DNA from: Pedobacter sp.
GTDB lineage: Bacteria > Desulfobacterota > Desulfuromonadia > Desulfuromonadales > Syntrophotaleaceae
Assembly (NCBI GenBank): GCA_050253415.1
Contig: JBFWJC010000006.1
Span: 32,001 to 96,000 of the forward strand
DNA: 64,000 bases
Reading direction: 5' to 3'
The notes beneath the pieces were generated by a model that had not been told where the DNA came from, ran no database searches, and saw nothing but the letters and a program-made list of their open reading frames with translations. This document shows, in pieces, positions 27,672 through 38,705 of this stretch. Within the stretch, counting starts at the first letter, position 1; each line of letters starts with the position of its first letter. The position numbers and the translations under genes are program-made.

Positions 27672-30077
27672 CTAATGACAAACAGGTCCATCCGTACCAA
27701 GTACCTGATCTTTCTTAGCGGGACCGACCCCTACAGAAGCAGGGAATTTAAGTGACTGCTCGAGCACTTCATCCATATGTGATACAGGAATAATCTCCAA
27801 AGCAGCCAGGATCACCTCAGGAACCTCTTCAAGGTTCTTCTTATTATCTACAGGAATCAGGATACGTTTCAACCCAGCTCTTTTTGCTGCCAGCAGCTTT
27901 TCCTTCAAGCCGCCAATGGGAAGCACTCGACCCCGCAAGGTAATTTCACCGGTCATAGCCAGGTTACGATCCACCGGACGTTCCGTCAATGCAGACGCCA
28001 GGGCGGTGGCCATGGTAATGCCCGCAGAGGGACCATCCTTTGGGATAGCACCTTCAGGTACATGTATATGAATATCAATCTTATGGTAAAAGTCTTTTTC
28101 CAAATGCAATTCCTGCCACCGCGATCGTATGTAACTCAATGCGGCTTTGGCGGATTCCTGCATAACTTCGCCCAACTTGCCTGTAACCGTAAGTTTCCCG
28201 TTACCGGGCAAAACGGTTGTTTCGATAGTAAGGAGTTCCCCTCCCACTTCCGTCCAGGCCAATCCGGTGACAAGCCCAACGGAACTCTCCTCTTCCTTGA
28301 CGCCATATTCGTAGCGATGCACACCAAGATAGTTGCCGACTGATTCGCCATCAATGACAAAATGATCTTTTTTGTCTTTGGACATAACGACCTGACGCGC
28401 AACTTTTCTACAAATGTTGGCCACTTCGCGTTCAAGGTTTCTCACCCCGGCTTCCCGGGTAAAATTCCGGATGATCCGATAAATTGCATCGTTATCAAAA
28501 GCTACCCTTGCAGGATCAAGGCCATGAGCTTTAACTTGCTTGTTTACAAGGTATTTTTGCGCAATGTTCACCTTTTCGTCTTCGGTATATCCTTCAATAC
28601 GAATAACTTCCATCCGATCAAGAAGTGGTCGCGCTATACTGTGTAAACTGTTGGCCGTGGCGATAAACATGACATCCGACAGGTCATATTCCACCTCCAT
28701 ATAATGATCACCAAAGGTACTATTCTGCTCAGGATCAAGTACCTCAAGAAGAGCCGAAGAAGGATCCCCGCGAAAATCGCTGCTGACCTTATCAATCTCA
28801 TCCAGTAGAAAGACCGGGTTTTTAACCTCCACCTTCCGCATATTCTGGACAATTTTACCGGGCATAGCACCGATATAGGTACGCCTGTGACCACGGATTT
28901 CGGCTTCGTCTCGCAATCCACCAAGGGAAATACGTGCAAACTTGCGCCCCAGGGAGCGTGCAATAGATTTCCCCAAAGAGGTTTTCCCTACGCCGGGAGG
29001 CCCGACAAGACAAAGAATCGGACCCTTTATCTTTTTTACCAGTGCCTGGACCGCCAGATACTCAAGAATACGTTCTTTGACCTTGTCCAAACCGTAATGA
29101 TCGGCTTCAAGGATTTCTTCTGCGTAGACCATATCACGGCGATCCCGAGTTTTCTTTTTCCAGGGAACAGACACCAGCCAGTCGATATAGTTACGAACCA
29201 CTGTCGCCTCAGCCGAGGTAGGGGACATCATACGCAATTTGCGTAGTTCTCCAAATGCCCTTTCTTCGGCTTCCTTAGACATGTGCGACTGCTTGATACG
29301 CTCTTCCAGATCCTTTATTTCGGCTTTGAACTCGTCACTCTCTCCAAGCTCTTTTTGGATGGCGCGCATCTGCTCGTTGAGATAGTACTCTTTTTGACTG
29401 CGCTCCATCTGGCCCTTGACCCGGGATCGAATTTTCTTCTCGATCTCAAGGATCTCAACCTCGCGAGCAAGCAGAGTAATAAGCTTTTCAAGACGTAAAA
29501 TCGGGTCAAGATCGCTAAGTAGTTCTTGCTTTTCCTGAACTCTCAGACTCAGATGGGCAGCTACCGTATCCGACAACCGTCCTGGAGCTTGAGTCCCTGA
29601 AACGGACGCGGCCACCTCGGTTGGGATTTTTTTACTTAGCGAGACATAGGACTCGAAAAGCTCGCTAACACTGCGGAGCAGTGCCTCAAGCTCAGCACCT
29701 TCAACAACCTCGCTGTCTTCCAGGGGCGAAAAATCGACGTGAATGGACTCATCGGTTGCAGTCCAATGATTGATACGGCCCCTTTGTTTACCCTCGACAA
29801 GCACTTTTATAGTGCCATCGGGCAGTTTCAACAACTGGACGATATGGGCAAAGGTCCCGACCTCATAAACGTCGTCAAAAGAAGGATCATCAATCTGAGG
29901 ATCCTTTTGCGTAGCCAAGAAGATATGCTTTTCACCTTCCATAGCCTCTTCGAGAGCACTAATGGATTTATCGCGCGCCACAAATAGTGGTGTCACCATG
30001 GAAGGAAAAATGACAATATCGCGCAAAGGCAGCAACGGAGTTCCGTTGCTGCCTGTATTTGATTCCTGCATAGTCAT
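27672..30077 (-). CDS. lon: ATP-dependent protease La
   Basis: [29 protein letters not shown]. Confidence 0.97.
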   Translation of the reverse strand: MTMQESNTGSNGTPLLPLRDIVIFPSMVTPLFVARDKSISALEEAMEGEKHIFLATQKDPQIDDPSFDDVYEVGTFAHIVQLLKLPDGTIKVLVEGKQRGRINHWTATDESIHVDFSPLEDSEVVEGAELEALLRSVSELFESYVSLSKKIPTEVAASVSGTQAPGRLSDTVAAHLSLRVQEKQELLSDLDPILRLEKLITLLAREVEILEIEKKIRSRVKGQMERSQKEYYLNEQMRAIQKELGESDEFKAEIKDLEERIKQSHMSKEAEERAFGELRKLRMMSPTSAEATVVRNYIDWLVSVPWKKKTRDRRDMVYAEEILEADHYGLDKVKERILEYLAVQALVKKIKGPILCLVGPPGVGKTSLGKSIARSLGRKFARISLGGLRDEAEIRGHRRTYIGAMPGKIVQNMRKVEVKNPVFLLDEIDKVSSDFRGDPSSALLEVLDPEQNSTFGDHYMEVEYDLSDVMFIATANSLHSIARPLLDRMEVIRIEGYTEDEKVNIAQKYLVNKQVKAHGLDPARVAFDNDAIYRIIRNFTREAGVRNLEREVANICRKVARQVVMSKDKKDHFVIDGESVGNYLGVHRYEYGVKEEESSVGLVTGLAWTEVGGELLTIETTVLPGNGKLTVTGKLGEVMQESAKAALSYIRSRWQELHLEKDFYHKIDIHIHVPEGAIPKDGPSAGITMATALASALTERPVDRNLAMTGEITLRGRVLPIGGLKEKLLAAKRAGLKRILIPVDNKKNLEEVPEVILAALEIIPVSHMDEVLEQSLKFPASVGVGPAKKDQVLGTDGPVCH

Positions 30078-30116
30078 TATGATTCAGTATTTCCCGGCAA
30101 TCGTACCACCAACCAC

Positions 30117-31367
30117 CTAGGCCGATTCCGCACAGTCGTAAACGATTATAGGTTTGCCCTGCTGACGGATGACATCTTCATTGATGACAACTTCCTTAAC
30201 ACGATCTTGAGAAGGAATATCATACATGACGTCAAGCATGGCATTTTCAATAATAGAACGCAAACCACGCGCTCCGGTTTTACGCTTAAGAGCTTCTTCC
30301 GCTACGGCGACCAACGCACCATCGGTAAACTTGAGATGGACTTTCTCCATCTGGAAAAGCTTTTGATACTGTTTTACGAGGGCGTTTTTCGGCTCTTTAA
30401 GAATACGCACCAGCGATTCTTCATCAAGCTCTTCCAGAGTCGCGATGACTGCTAAACGACCAACAAATTCAGGGATAAGACCAAAGCGAATAAGGTCCAT
30501 GGGCTCGGTCATGGCAAGAATTTCACCCACACCCTGGTCCTTCTTCTCCTTGATTTCAGCGCCAAACCCCATAGCCTTACTGCCGCTACGCTGTTTGATA
30601 ACGCTCTCAAGACCGGAAAAGGCACCGCCACAAATAAACAGAATGTTTGTGGTGTCTACCTTGAGGAATTCTTGCTGCGGATGCTTGCGGCCACCCTTAG
30701 GGGGAACACTAGCGGTCGTACCTTCGATAATCTTAAGCAAAGCCTGCTGAACACCTTCCCCGGAAACATCACGAGTGATGGAGGGAGAGTCAGACTTGCG
30801 TGCGATTTTGTCGACCTCATCAATATAGATAATCCCGCGCTGCGCCTTTTCCAAATCGTAATCGGCGGCCTGCAAAAGATTCAGGATTATGTTCTCTACA
30901 TCCTCGCCAACATATCCAGCCTCAGTGAGGTTGGTCGCATCAGCAATGGCAAAAGGCACATTCAGCAAGCGCGCAAGCGTTTGAGCCAGCAATGTTTTTC
31001 CACTGCCGGTCGGCCCAAGCATGAGTATATTACTTTTCTGGATTTCTACATCGTCGCCATCCAGAATCGTTTCAACCCGCTTGTAATGATTATAAACAGC
31101 CACGGAGAGGACCTTTTTTGCCCTTTCCTGTCCGATTACGTATTCATCCAGAGCGTCTTTGATTTCTGAGGGGCGCGGTAAGCGCTTGGGGCCATTATCG
31201 GAGGTATCCTCCAGCTTGGCTTCTTCAGCAATGATGTCTTTGCACAATTCTATGCACTCATCGCAAATGTATACTTCAGGCCCTGCGATCAGCTTTTTGA
31301 CATCATCCTGTCCCTTGCCACAGAAGGAACAGGTTAGATATCCGGACTTCCCATCATGGTCGCTCAC
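30117..31367 (-). CDS. clpX: ATP-dependent Clp protease ATPase ClpX
   Basis: CSFCG Zn finger, [21 protein letters not shown] loop. Confidence 0.97.
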   Translation of the reverse strand: MSDHDGKSGYLTCSFCGKGQDDVKKLIAGPEVYICDECIELCKDIIAEEAKLEDTSDNGPKRLPRPSEIKDALDEYVIGQERAKKVLSVAVYNHYKRVETILDGDDVEIQKSNILMLGPTGSGKTLLAQTLARLLNVPFAIADATNLTEAGYVGEDVENIILNLLQAADYDLEKAQRGIIYIDEVDKIARKSDSPSITRDVSGEGVQQALLKIIEGTTASVPPKGGRKHPQQEFLKVDTTNILFICGGAFSGLESVIKQRSGSKAMGFGAEIKEKKDQGVGEILAMTEPMDLIRFGLIPEFVGRLAVIATLEELDEESLVRILKEPKNALVKQYQKLFQMEKVHLKFTDGALVAVAEEALKRKTGARGLRSIIENAMLDVMYDIPSQDRVKEVVINEDVIRQQGKPIIVYDCAESA

Positions 31368-31389
31368 AAAATCCTCCGTGCTAAAAAGC

Positions 31390-31974
31390 TTAGACTTTCC
31401 TTTTTACTATATCGTCAACGATACCATACTTTTTAGCTTCCTCGCTACCCATGAAAAAATCTCGCTCGGTATCGGCTGCAATTTTTTCAAAAGTCTGTCC
31501 GGAGTGCCTGGACAGCACACCATTCAGGGTCTCACGCATCCGCAGGATTTCCTGTGCATGGATATTAATATCGGTTGCTTGCCCCTGAAAACCACCCCAG
31601 GGCTGATGAATCATAATACGAGCATGAGGTAAAGCGAAGCGCTTACCTTCGGCCCCGGCTGCGAGTAAAACCGCACCCATACTTGCTGCCTGTCCGACAC
31701 AAAGAGTGGAAACCGGACAACGAACATATTGCATGGTGTCATAGATCGCCATGCCGGCAGTAACCACCCCACCGGGGGAGTTAACGTACAAAAAGATATC
31801 TTTTTCGGGGTCCTCGGATTCAAGGAACAGTAATTGGGCAATAATCAGATTTGCAACCTGATCATCAATGCCTCCACCCAAGAAGATAATGCGATCCTTG
31901 AGCAAACGAGAAAAGATATCATAAGCTCTCTCGCCTCTTCCTGTCTGCTCAACGACCATGGGGATAAGACTCAT
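31390..31974 (-). CDS. clpP: Clp protease proteolytic subunit
   Basis: [23 protein letters not shown]; start MSLIPMV at 31974. Confidence 0.97.
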   Translation of the reverse strand: MSLIPMVVEQTGRGERAYDIFSRLLKDRIIFLGGGIDDQVANLIIAQLLFLESEDPEKDIFLYVNSPGGVVTAGMAIYDTMQYVRCPVSTLCVGQAASMGAVLLAAGAEGKRFALPHARIMIHQPWGGFQGQATDINIHAQEILRMRETLNGVLSRHSGQTFEKIAADTERDFFMGSEEAKKYGIVDDIVKRKV

Positions 31975-31978
31975 ACGA

Positions 31979-33298
31979 TTACTCCTCTGCCATTTGGGGC
32001 TGATCAAGGGACTGCTTGTCAACCATCTCGATTTTGGCCTTACCACTCAAAAAGGCAACAACCTTTTCTTCGGCCATCTGAGACACCAGCCCACGGCGTT
32101 TTTCGTCGCTGCTGTAGAAATTCAGTACCGCCTCTTTGGGGGCACCGCTGGTCTCGATAATCTCTTCGAGTTTATCCTTAATGTCGTCTTCTTCAACCTT
32201 CAGGTTTTCCTGAAGTGCGATTGCCTCCATAATCAGGCTCGACTTAACCTGTTTGGCGGCTATCTCACGATAGATCTGTTTGAAGGACGCGGCATTGATA
32301 CCCATGTCTTCCAGACGCATCCCCTGTGCCTGCATACGATTCTGCAGATTCTGAAGCATATAATCAAGTTGTGATTCGACCATCGATTCAGGCAGGTCAA
32401 TCGGGTTAGCCTCGATCAAGGCATCGCTCAAACGCTCGCGAAAATCTTTCTCAATACGATCGGCTTCCTGACCCGTAATACTTTCAAGAATCTTGGTTCT
32501 CAGATCTTCAATGCTTTCCAGCCCTGCTTCCTTGGCAAATGCTTCATCGAGTTCAGGAAGCACCTGCTCTTTAATTTCTTTAAGGGTAACCTTAAAGACA
32601 GCAGGCTTGCCAGCTAACTCTTTATTGCCGTAACTCTCGGGAAAGGTTACCTCGATATCCTTGCTCTGGCCACATTCAAGTCCCACAACCTGTTCTTCAA
32701 AACCGGGAATGAAAGTGTTGGAACCAAGCTCAAGATGATGACCTTCAGCTTTGCCATGCGCAAAAGCCTCTCCATCAATAAAACCTTCGAAATCGATTAC
32801 CGCGATATCGCCCATTTGGGCAATGGTACGTTCACTGGTAGCGACATTCGCTTTGCTTTTGCGCATCTCGTCAAGGCGTGCGTCAACCTCAGATTCATCA
32901 ACAACAAGAGACTCTTTTTTCAATTCAAGACCGACATAGTCTTTGGCCTGAACCTCAGGTCTGACTTCAACTTCGGCTTCATAAACAAAAGGCTGCCCGA
33001 CTTTAAGCACTCCGTTGTCGACAACCTCTGGAGGCGAAACGGCATCAATTTTATTTTCAACAATAGCCTTGAAAAAAGTTTCACTGATCAAACCTTCAAA
33101 AACCTGGGCTTCGATTTGCCCACCATACTGGCGCTCAAGCACGCTACGGGGCACTTTGCCGGGACGAAAGCCGGGAACCTTGGCGGTCTTTGCCAACTTC
33201 TGAAAAGCTTTGGTAAATTCGGCATCAACAGCTTCAACAGGAACTTCGAACGACAGTTTTTTCTTAATGCTACTGATATCTTCAATCTTGACATTCAT
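31979..33298 (-). CDS. tig: Trigger factor
   Basis: PGFRPGKVP ribosome-binding motif, FKBP domain FIPGFEEQ. Confidence 0.96.
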   Translation of the reverse strand: MNVKIEDISSIKKKLSFEVPVEAVDAEFTKAFQKLAKTAKVPGFRPGKVPRSVLERQYGGQIEAQVFEGLISETFFKAIVENKIDAVSPPEVVDNGVLKVGQPFVYEAEVEVRPEVQAKDYVGLELKKESLVVDESEVDARLDEMRKSKANVATSERTIAQMGDIAVIDFEGFIDGEAFAHGKAEGHHLELGSNTFIPGFEEQVVGLECGQSKDIEVTFPESYGNKELAGKPAVFKVTLKEIKEQVLPELDEAFAKEAGLESIEDLRTKILESITGQEADRIEKDFRERLSDALIEANPIDLPESMVESQLDYMLQNLQNRMQAQGMRLEDMGINAASFKQIYREIAAKQVKSSLIMEAIALQENLKVEEDDIKDKLEEIIETSGAPKEAVLNFYSSDEKRRGLVSQMAEEKVVAFLSGKAKIEMVDKQSLDQPQMAEE

Positions 33299-33417
33299 GT
33301 TGTTACCTCACAGAAGATTTTGACTAATTCAATTGTAGGCCTCCGTTGTCCCGTTTTCGTTTTACTGAACAACGATGTCATTTTGGGGCCCGCATTTAAG
33401 TGGATTTACGAGTGAAA

Positions 33418-33500
33418 TGGTGCGAGAGGGGGGAGTCGAACCCCCACGGTTGCCCGCTGGATCCTAAGTCCAGTGCGTCTGCCAGTTCCGCCACTCTCGC
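33418..33500 (-). tRNA. tRNA-Leu(TAG)
   Basis: Cloverleaf with variable arm, anticodon TAG, CCA; usual position upstream of tig. Confidence 0.95.
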
Positions 33501-33702
33501 TAATTTGGAAGCCAGCATCCCGCCCGATTCAGCTATCGGGACGCTGTTAAAAATATCTCGATACGATGTACCAAAAACGCTTGTGGTCTGCCAAGCTCTA
33601 ATTTGCAGACATTAAAACAAAAAGCCCGTCGTTCGTCAACCGGGCCGACAACCTGATCAGGTTCGGCGCCATGGTCTACGGTAGACGGGCATAGTTGCTA
33701 AA

Positions 33703-33779
33703 TGGGGTGAGTGAAGGGGCTCGAACCCTCGACAACTGGAGCCACAATCCAGTGCTCTACCAACTGAGCTACACCCACC
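33703..33779 (-). tRNA. tRNA-His(GTG)
   Basis: Anticodon GTG, G-1/C73, CCA. Confidence 0.95.
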
Positions 33780-33793
33780 ATAGAAGCGGCGGC

Positions 33794-33823
33794 ATCTTAC
33801 TTAACCGTCACACTGTTTGTCAA
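33794..33823 (-). promoter_or_regulatory. Stable-RNA-type sigma70 promoter for tRNA-His
   Basis: TTGACA-18 bp-TAAGAT followed by GC-rich discriminator GCCGCCGC. Confidence 0.7.
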
Positions 33824-34325
33824 ACCTTTTTTTCCGGAACTGCGTGTCATCTGACGGCCCCGCCGTTGCCCTAACTCCAGTCCGGTAAAATCCGCCATGA
33901 CACCTATCTTCGCAAATCGGCAGAGGCCACGCTCGGAGAAGCAGGAATATATGCCAAGGGAACGTGCAAGTCAACAAAAAATAATCACACAACTGAAGTA
34001 AAAAGCATACCTTCTCAACCGAAATACTTATCCCGCTATGCATTTAAGTTATTACTTTTACAGCTTGCCCTCGTTGACAACTATTTTCTTCAGGAGCGTT
34101 CGCCTGTCGAAACTTCCGCTTCAGACATGAGCGCTCCCCCTGTCAACCAACATTCAAATCAGAACACATCTCTCTCCTTAACAGTAAAATTCGACGACAC
34201 CAACGCCACTCGATTTAAGGGCAACCCCACGGTCGCTGTAATTTCTAAAGAGAATTTCCTTGATAATATTACTACCGGTTTCTATAATTAACCATTTAAT
34301 GGCACAATGAAGGATCGGAAACGGG

Positions 34326-34976
34326 ATGTCCTCATTCATAAGTTTTGAAGGAATTGAAGGAAGCGGAAAAACCACCCAGATCCAGCTTCTCGCCAATCGG
34401 CTTGAGAGCCTGGGCTACGAAGTGCTGATAACGCGCGAACCGGGCGGTTGTCCCATAGCCGATCAGATTCGTCACATTCTGCTCCACCCCGACAATGATC
34501 GATTGGTTCCCGGAGCAGAACTGTTACTCTATGCAGCCGCTCGCGCCCAACATGTGTCTGAAGTCATTACCCCGGCGCTTGAGCAAGGGAAAATTGTCCT
34601 TTGCGACCGTTATTGCGATGCGACTCTTGCTTATCAGGGTTATGCACGCGGCCTTGATCTGCAACTTGTCCAACAACTCAACGATTTAGCCGCAGGAACC
34701 TGTCGCCCCAATTTGACGTTATTACTCGACATGCTACCCGACCATGGGCTTCATCGCGCACAAAGTCGTAATGCCGTAGCCTCAGGCCCTGCCGAGGGAC
34801 GATTCGAGCAGGAATCGCTTATATTTCACTCCAAGGTGCGACAAGGTTATCTGGATCTCGCACAACAGGAACCACAGAGGATAAAAGTTATCGACGCAAC
34901 AGGTACCCAAGAACAGGTGGCCAAACGCATCTGGCAAACCACCTCTGGCTTTCTCAATTGCTCAAGGAGCGCATGA
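34326..34976 (+). CDS. tmk: Thymidylate kinase
   Basis: FEGIEGSGKTTQ, TREPGG, CDRY, AYQG. Confidence 0.96.
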   Translation: MSSFISFEGIEGSGKTTQIQLLANRLESLGYEVLITREPGGCPIADQIRHILLHPDNDRLVPGAELLLYAAARAQHVSEVITPALEQGKIVLCDRYCDATLAYQGYARGLDLQLVQQLNDLAAGTCRPNLTLLLDMLPDHGLHRAQSRNAVASGPAEGRFEQESLIFHSKVRQGYLDLAQQEPQRIKVIDATGTQEQVAKRIWQTTSGFLNCSRSA

Positions 34977-35941
34977 TGTTTGCCAGAATTCTCGGCCACC
35001 AGCGTCAAAAGGATCTGTTGCAGCGAGCCATTGCTTCTTCCCGGTTGCCGCACGCCTACCTCTTTGAAGGGCCGGAGGGTATCGGTAAGCGTCTTATGGC
35101 TCTTGCACTGACCAAGAGTCTTTTTTGCGCGAACGGCAATAGTTGCAGCGAATGTCCGGCTTGCCGGAAAATTGACCATCATAATCATCCGGATTTGCAC
35201 CTGATCAATGCAGAGGGAAGTTCCATTAAGATCGAGCAGATCCGAGAGTTGCAGAAAGAACTGTCTTACCGACCACTGGAGGCTTCCTACAAGGTATGTA
35301 TTATTGATGGTGCCGAAAAGATGAACCTGGCTTCAGCCAATGCATTACTGAAGACATTGGAGGAACCACGTGCCCAGACACTGCTCATCCTGTTGACATC
35401 GACCCCCGATGCGGTCCTGCCAACCATCCGCTCACGCTGTCAAAGACTGCCCTTCTCCCGCATACCCAAAGAGAAATTGCAGGAAGTACTGGTTGAGCAA
35501 TTAGATATAGATGATACGCAATCGCATATTCTTGCCACTTTATCCGAAGGCAGCTTCAAAAAAGCCCTGGGCAAAGACCGGGAGCTTTACCTGCAACGTC
35601 GCAGAGAGCTTCTTAAAAAGCTTGCAGCATTGAGTCCTGGGAGTATCATTCCCCTTCTGGATTTGGCACAGAAACTGGCGGAAGAAAAAGACTTGTTATT
35701 TGAAATTCTTGAAATCATCCAGGCTTTTTACAGGGATTTGCTGTTGCTTAAACATGGCAGTCCTTTGGACGAACTGGTCAATATCGACATGCTTGAAACC
35801 CTGGATCAGGTATCCCGCAAGGAAGATATTTTATCCCTACTTGGTAAGCTTAATGCCCTTATGACATCAAGGCGACATCTTGAACGGAATGTTAACCGCC
35901 AACTGGCCATGGAAGTTCTGCTAATGCGGCTTGTCGCCTGA
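34973..35941 (+). CDS. holB: DNA polymerase III delta' subunit
   Basis: HAYLFEG, Zn motif CSECPAC, HPD, NALLKTLEEP, TIRSRC. Confidence 0.95.
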   Translation: MMFARILGHQRQKDLLQRAIASSRLPHAYLFEGPEGIGKRLMALALTKSLFCANGNSCSECPACRKIDHHNHPDLHLINAEGSSIKIEQIRELQKELSYRPLEASYKVCIIDGAEKMNLASANALLKTLEEPRAQTLLILLTSTPDAVLPTIRSRCQRLPFSRIPKEKLQEVLVEQLDIDDTQSHILATLSEGSFKKALGKDRELYLQRRRELLKKLAALSPGSIIPLLDLAQKLAEEKDLLFEILEIIQAFYRDLLLLKHGSPLDELVNIDMLETLDQVSRKEDILSLLGKLNALMTSRRHLERNVNRQLAMEVLLMRLVA

Positions 35942-36007
35942 ATCATCGTCCTTACGGACCGACGCAGCCTGCTCCATAAGGCTGCCGCAACTTACAAGAC
36001 AGGATTT

Positions 36008-37108
36008 ATGATTAGAATTGTCTCGATAAAATTCCGCAAAGCCGGAAAACAATACCATTTCAATGCCGGGCAACTTGAACTGTCCTCGGGACAGTCGGTT
36101 ATCGTCGAAACAGACAGGGGCCGGGCTCTGGGCTGCGTTGTAGCCCCCCCCCGTGAAAAACCCGAAGACCAGGCACCTGAAAATCTTAAAAATGTTGTTC
36201 GAATTGCTTCCGACGAAGATATCGCTCTGGCTGAAAACAGCGTAGCCAAAGAGAAGGAGGCCTTCAGTTTCTGTCTGGAGCGCATTAAGTCCCGCCAGAT
36301 GGACATGAAACTGGTACGCGCCGAATACCTGTTTGACGGTTCCAAAATTATTTTCTATTTTACGGCGGACGGACGGGTTGATTTCAGGGAATTGGTTAAA
36401 GACCTGGCCCATTACTTCCACACGCGTATTGAAATGCGTCAAATAGGCGTTCGAGATGAAGCCAAACTTATCGGAGGGATTGGTATATGCGGCAGAGCCT
36501 TATGTTGCTGTACTTTTCTCACAGATTTCGCGCCGGTTTCTGTAAAAATGGCTAAAGAACAAGGTCTGGCACTTAATCCCAATAAAATTTCCGGTCAATG
36601 CGGTCGATTGCTGTGTTGCCTCAATTATGAATATAAGACCTATCTGTCTCTGAAACAGGGCATGCCCAAATGTGGACGCCGTGTTAGGGTTGATAATCAG
36701 GAAGGCGAAGTAATAAGTCAAAACGTTCTTGATCAGTCGGTTACCGTCAGACTTGACGAAAACCAACGCATTAACGTGCCTGTTGACAAACTACAAGCTG
36801 CCGAAAACCAAACCAAACCTGCCGCAAGCGAGGAACCTCCACCCACAAAACCCCGGACCAGAGTCCCTTCTCGCGCACGAAAAAACGCCCCTGCCAAGGA
36901 ACCTCTTGCACCGACCAAGGCAGAAGAAGAAAAAGAGGGACAGCCAAAGCCAGGCAAACCTACCCCAAAACGTCGCGGCCAAAAACCGGTACAACGTGAG
37001 GCCTCCCCTGCAACCGAAGGGGACCAGAGCGCCCGCAAACGTCCCAGAAGAAAGAGTCGCCCTAAACAACGGCCACCCCAAAATACGCCCTCAGGAGATA
37101 AACAATGA
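36008..37108 (+). CDS. PSP1/YaaT (RicT-like) protein with low-complexity tail
   Basis: RVDFRELVKDLA, CGRALCC, SGQCGRLLCCLNYE. Confidence 0.92.
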   Translation: MIRIVSIKFRKAGKQYHFNAGQLELSSGQSVIVETDRGRALGCVVAPPREKPEDQAPENLKNVVRIASDEDIALAENSVAKEKEAFSFCLERIKSRQMDMKLVRAEYLFDGSKIIFYFTADGRVDFRELVKDLAHYFHTRIEMRQIGVRDEAKLIGGIGICGRALCCCTFLTDFAPVSVKMAKEQGLALNPNKISGQCGRLLCCLNYEYKTYLSLKQGMPKCGRRVRVDNQEGEVISQNVLDQSVTVRLDENQRINVPVDKLQAAENQTKPAASEEPPPTKPRTRVPSRARKNAPAKEPLAPTKAEEEKEGQPKPGKPTPKRRGQKPVQREASPATEGDQSARKRPRRKSRPKQRPPQNTPSGDKQ

Positions 37109-38637
37109 GCAAGCGCTTTTATGTCACCACTCCCATTTATTACGTGAACGACGTGCCACACATCGGTCATGCCTATACGACCGTAGCCTGTGATATGCTG
37201 GCACGTTACAAAAGAGCGCAGGGATTTGAAGTTTCCTTCCTGACAGGTACCGATGAGCACGGCCAAAAAGTCGAAAAGGCCGCCCAGTCCAAGGGAGAGA
37301 CCCCTCTTGAACTGGCCGACCGCGTCGTTAAGCGCTACCAGGCCCTATGGGAAAAGTTAAACATATCCCATACCGACTTTATTCGTACATCCCAGGAACG
37401 ACACAAAAAAGGCGTATGCAACCTGTTTGAACAGCTGCTGGAAACCGGTGACATTTACCTGGGCGAATATGAGGACTGGTATTGTACCCCCTGTGAAACC
37501 TTCTGGACCGAAACACAACTCCTGGATGGCTGCTGTCCTGACTGCGGACGCCCCACGGATAAACTCAAGGAAGAATCGTATTTTTTCCGCATGAGCAAAT
37601 ACCAGGATCAACTCCTGAAGCACATCGAAGAAGACCCTGAGTTTATTCAGCCCAGAACAAGGCGTAATGAAATCCTCAACTTTGTACGCGAGGGTTTGCG
37701 CGATCTTTCCATTTCGCGCACGTCTTTTTCATGGGGAATACCCGTCCCTGGCAATGAACGTCACGTTATTTATGTATGGTTTGATGCTCTGAGCAATTAC
37801 ATCACCGCCCTTGGTTATCCGGACGACTCCGAAGGTCGGTATAAAGATTTCTGGCCTGCGGATGTCCATATCATCGGCAAAGATATCCTTCGATTCCACA
37901 CGGTTTACTGGCCGACCATCCTTATGGCAGCCGGCATCCCCCTTCCAAAGAAGGTTTTCGCACACGGCTGGTGGACCGTCGAAGGGCAAAAGATGAGCAA
38001 GAGCCTGGCGAACGTGGTGGAGCCGAATATGCTGATCGACAAATACGGCGTCGATGCAATTCGTTATTTCCTGCTGCGTGAAGTACCCTTCGGTCTTGAT
38101 GGCGACTTTTCCCATGCAGCTCTGGTCCATCGGATCAACTCGGATCTCGCCAACGACCTGGGTAACCTTGTCAGCCGCTCTACCGCCATGCTGAATAAAT
38201 ATTTCGGAGGAATCTTACCGGAACCGAGCGATCAGCGCGCTGAAGACGAACCATACATTGCAGCTTTTGCCAACACGGTTAAAAACGTCGATGGATTCAT
38301 GCAGGACCTTGCTTTCAACAAAGCATTGCAGTCCACCTGGGAACTGATCAGTCTGGGCAATAAATATATTGACGACATGGCTCCCTGGGCGCTGGCCAAG
38401 GATGAGTCGCAACACCAACGACTTGGAACCATCATGTACAATCTGCTCGACTCCCTGCGATTGGTGGCCCTTCTGATTGCGCCAGTCATGCCGGAAACCT
38501 CCGACAAGATCCTGGGGATCCTCGGTTGCGAACCAGAGCAGATGATATTGGCCGGCAATGACCGATGGGGGTTACTCAAACCTGGTACGGAAATCGCCAA
38601 AGCGAAACCCCTTTTCCCACGCATCGAAACCGAATAA
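37105..38637 (+). CDS. metG: Methionyl-tRNA synthetase (short form, no C-terminal tRNA-binding domain)
   Basis: HIGH, KMSKS, Zn knuckle, YVWFDAL, LFPRIE end. Confidence 0.97.
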   Translation: MSKRFYVTTPIYYVNDVPHIGHAYTTVACDMLARYKRAQGFEVSFLTGTDEHGQKVEKAAQSKGETPLELADRVVKRYQALWEKLNISHTDFIRTSQERHKKGVCNLFEQLLETGDIYLGEYEDWYCTPCETFWTETQLLDGCCPDCGRPTDKLKEESYFFRMSKYQDQLLKHIEEDPEFIQPRTRRNEILNFVREGLRDLSISRTSFSWGIPVPGNERHVIYVWFDALSNYITALGYPDDSEGRYKDFWPADVHIIGKDILRFHTVYWPTILMAAGIPLPKKVFAHGWWTVEGQKMSKSLANVVEPNMLIDKYGVDAIRYFLLREVPFGLDGDFSHAALVHRINSDLANDLGNLVSRSTAMLNKYFGGILPEPSDQRAEDEPYIAAFANTVKNVDGFMQDLAFNKALQSTWELISLGNKYIDDMAPWALAKDESQHQRLGTIMYNLLDSLRLVALLIAPVMPETSDKILGILGCEPEQMILAGNDRWGLLKPGTEIAKAKPLFPRIETE

Positions 38638-38705
38638 CGATATTTCCACAATCAATTACCTTTCAAGGGGCGCACCAGCGCCCCTTGGCTTTGGAGCAAT
38701 ACCTC

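Noticed and set aside
33418..33779. tRNA-Leu/His as integration sites
   Set aside because: No integrase and no duplicated tRNA 3' end seen in the window
33941..33956. sigma54-like TGGCAT…TGC on the minus strand
   Set aside because: GG-to-GC spacing is 11 nt rather than the required 10
38565..38705. N-terminal extension of TatD in the ORF track
   Set aside because: Overlaps metG and a hairpin (38664-38687); SD and homology favour ATG 38706
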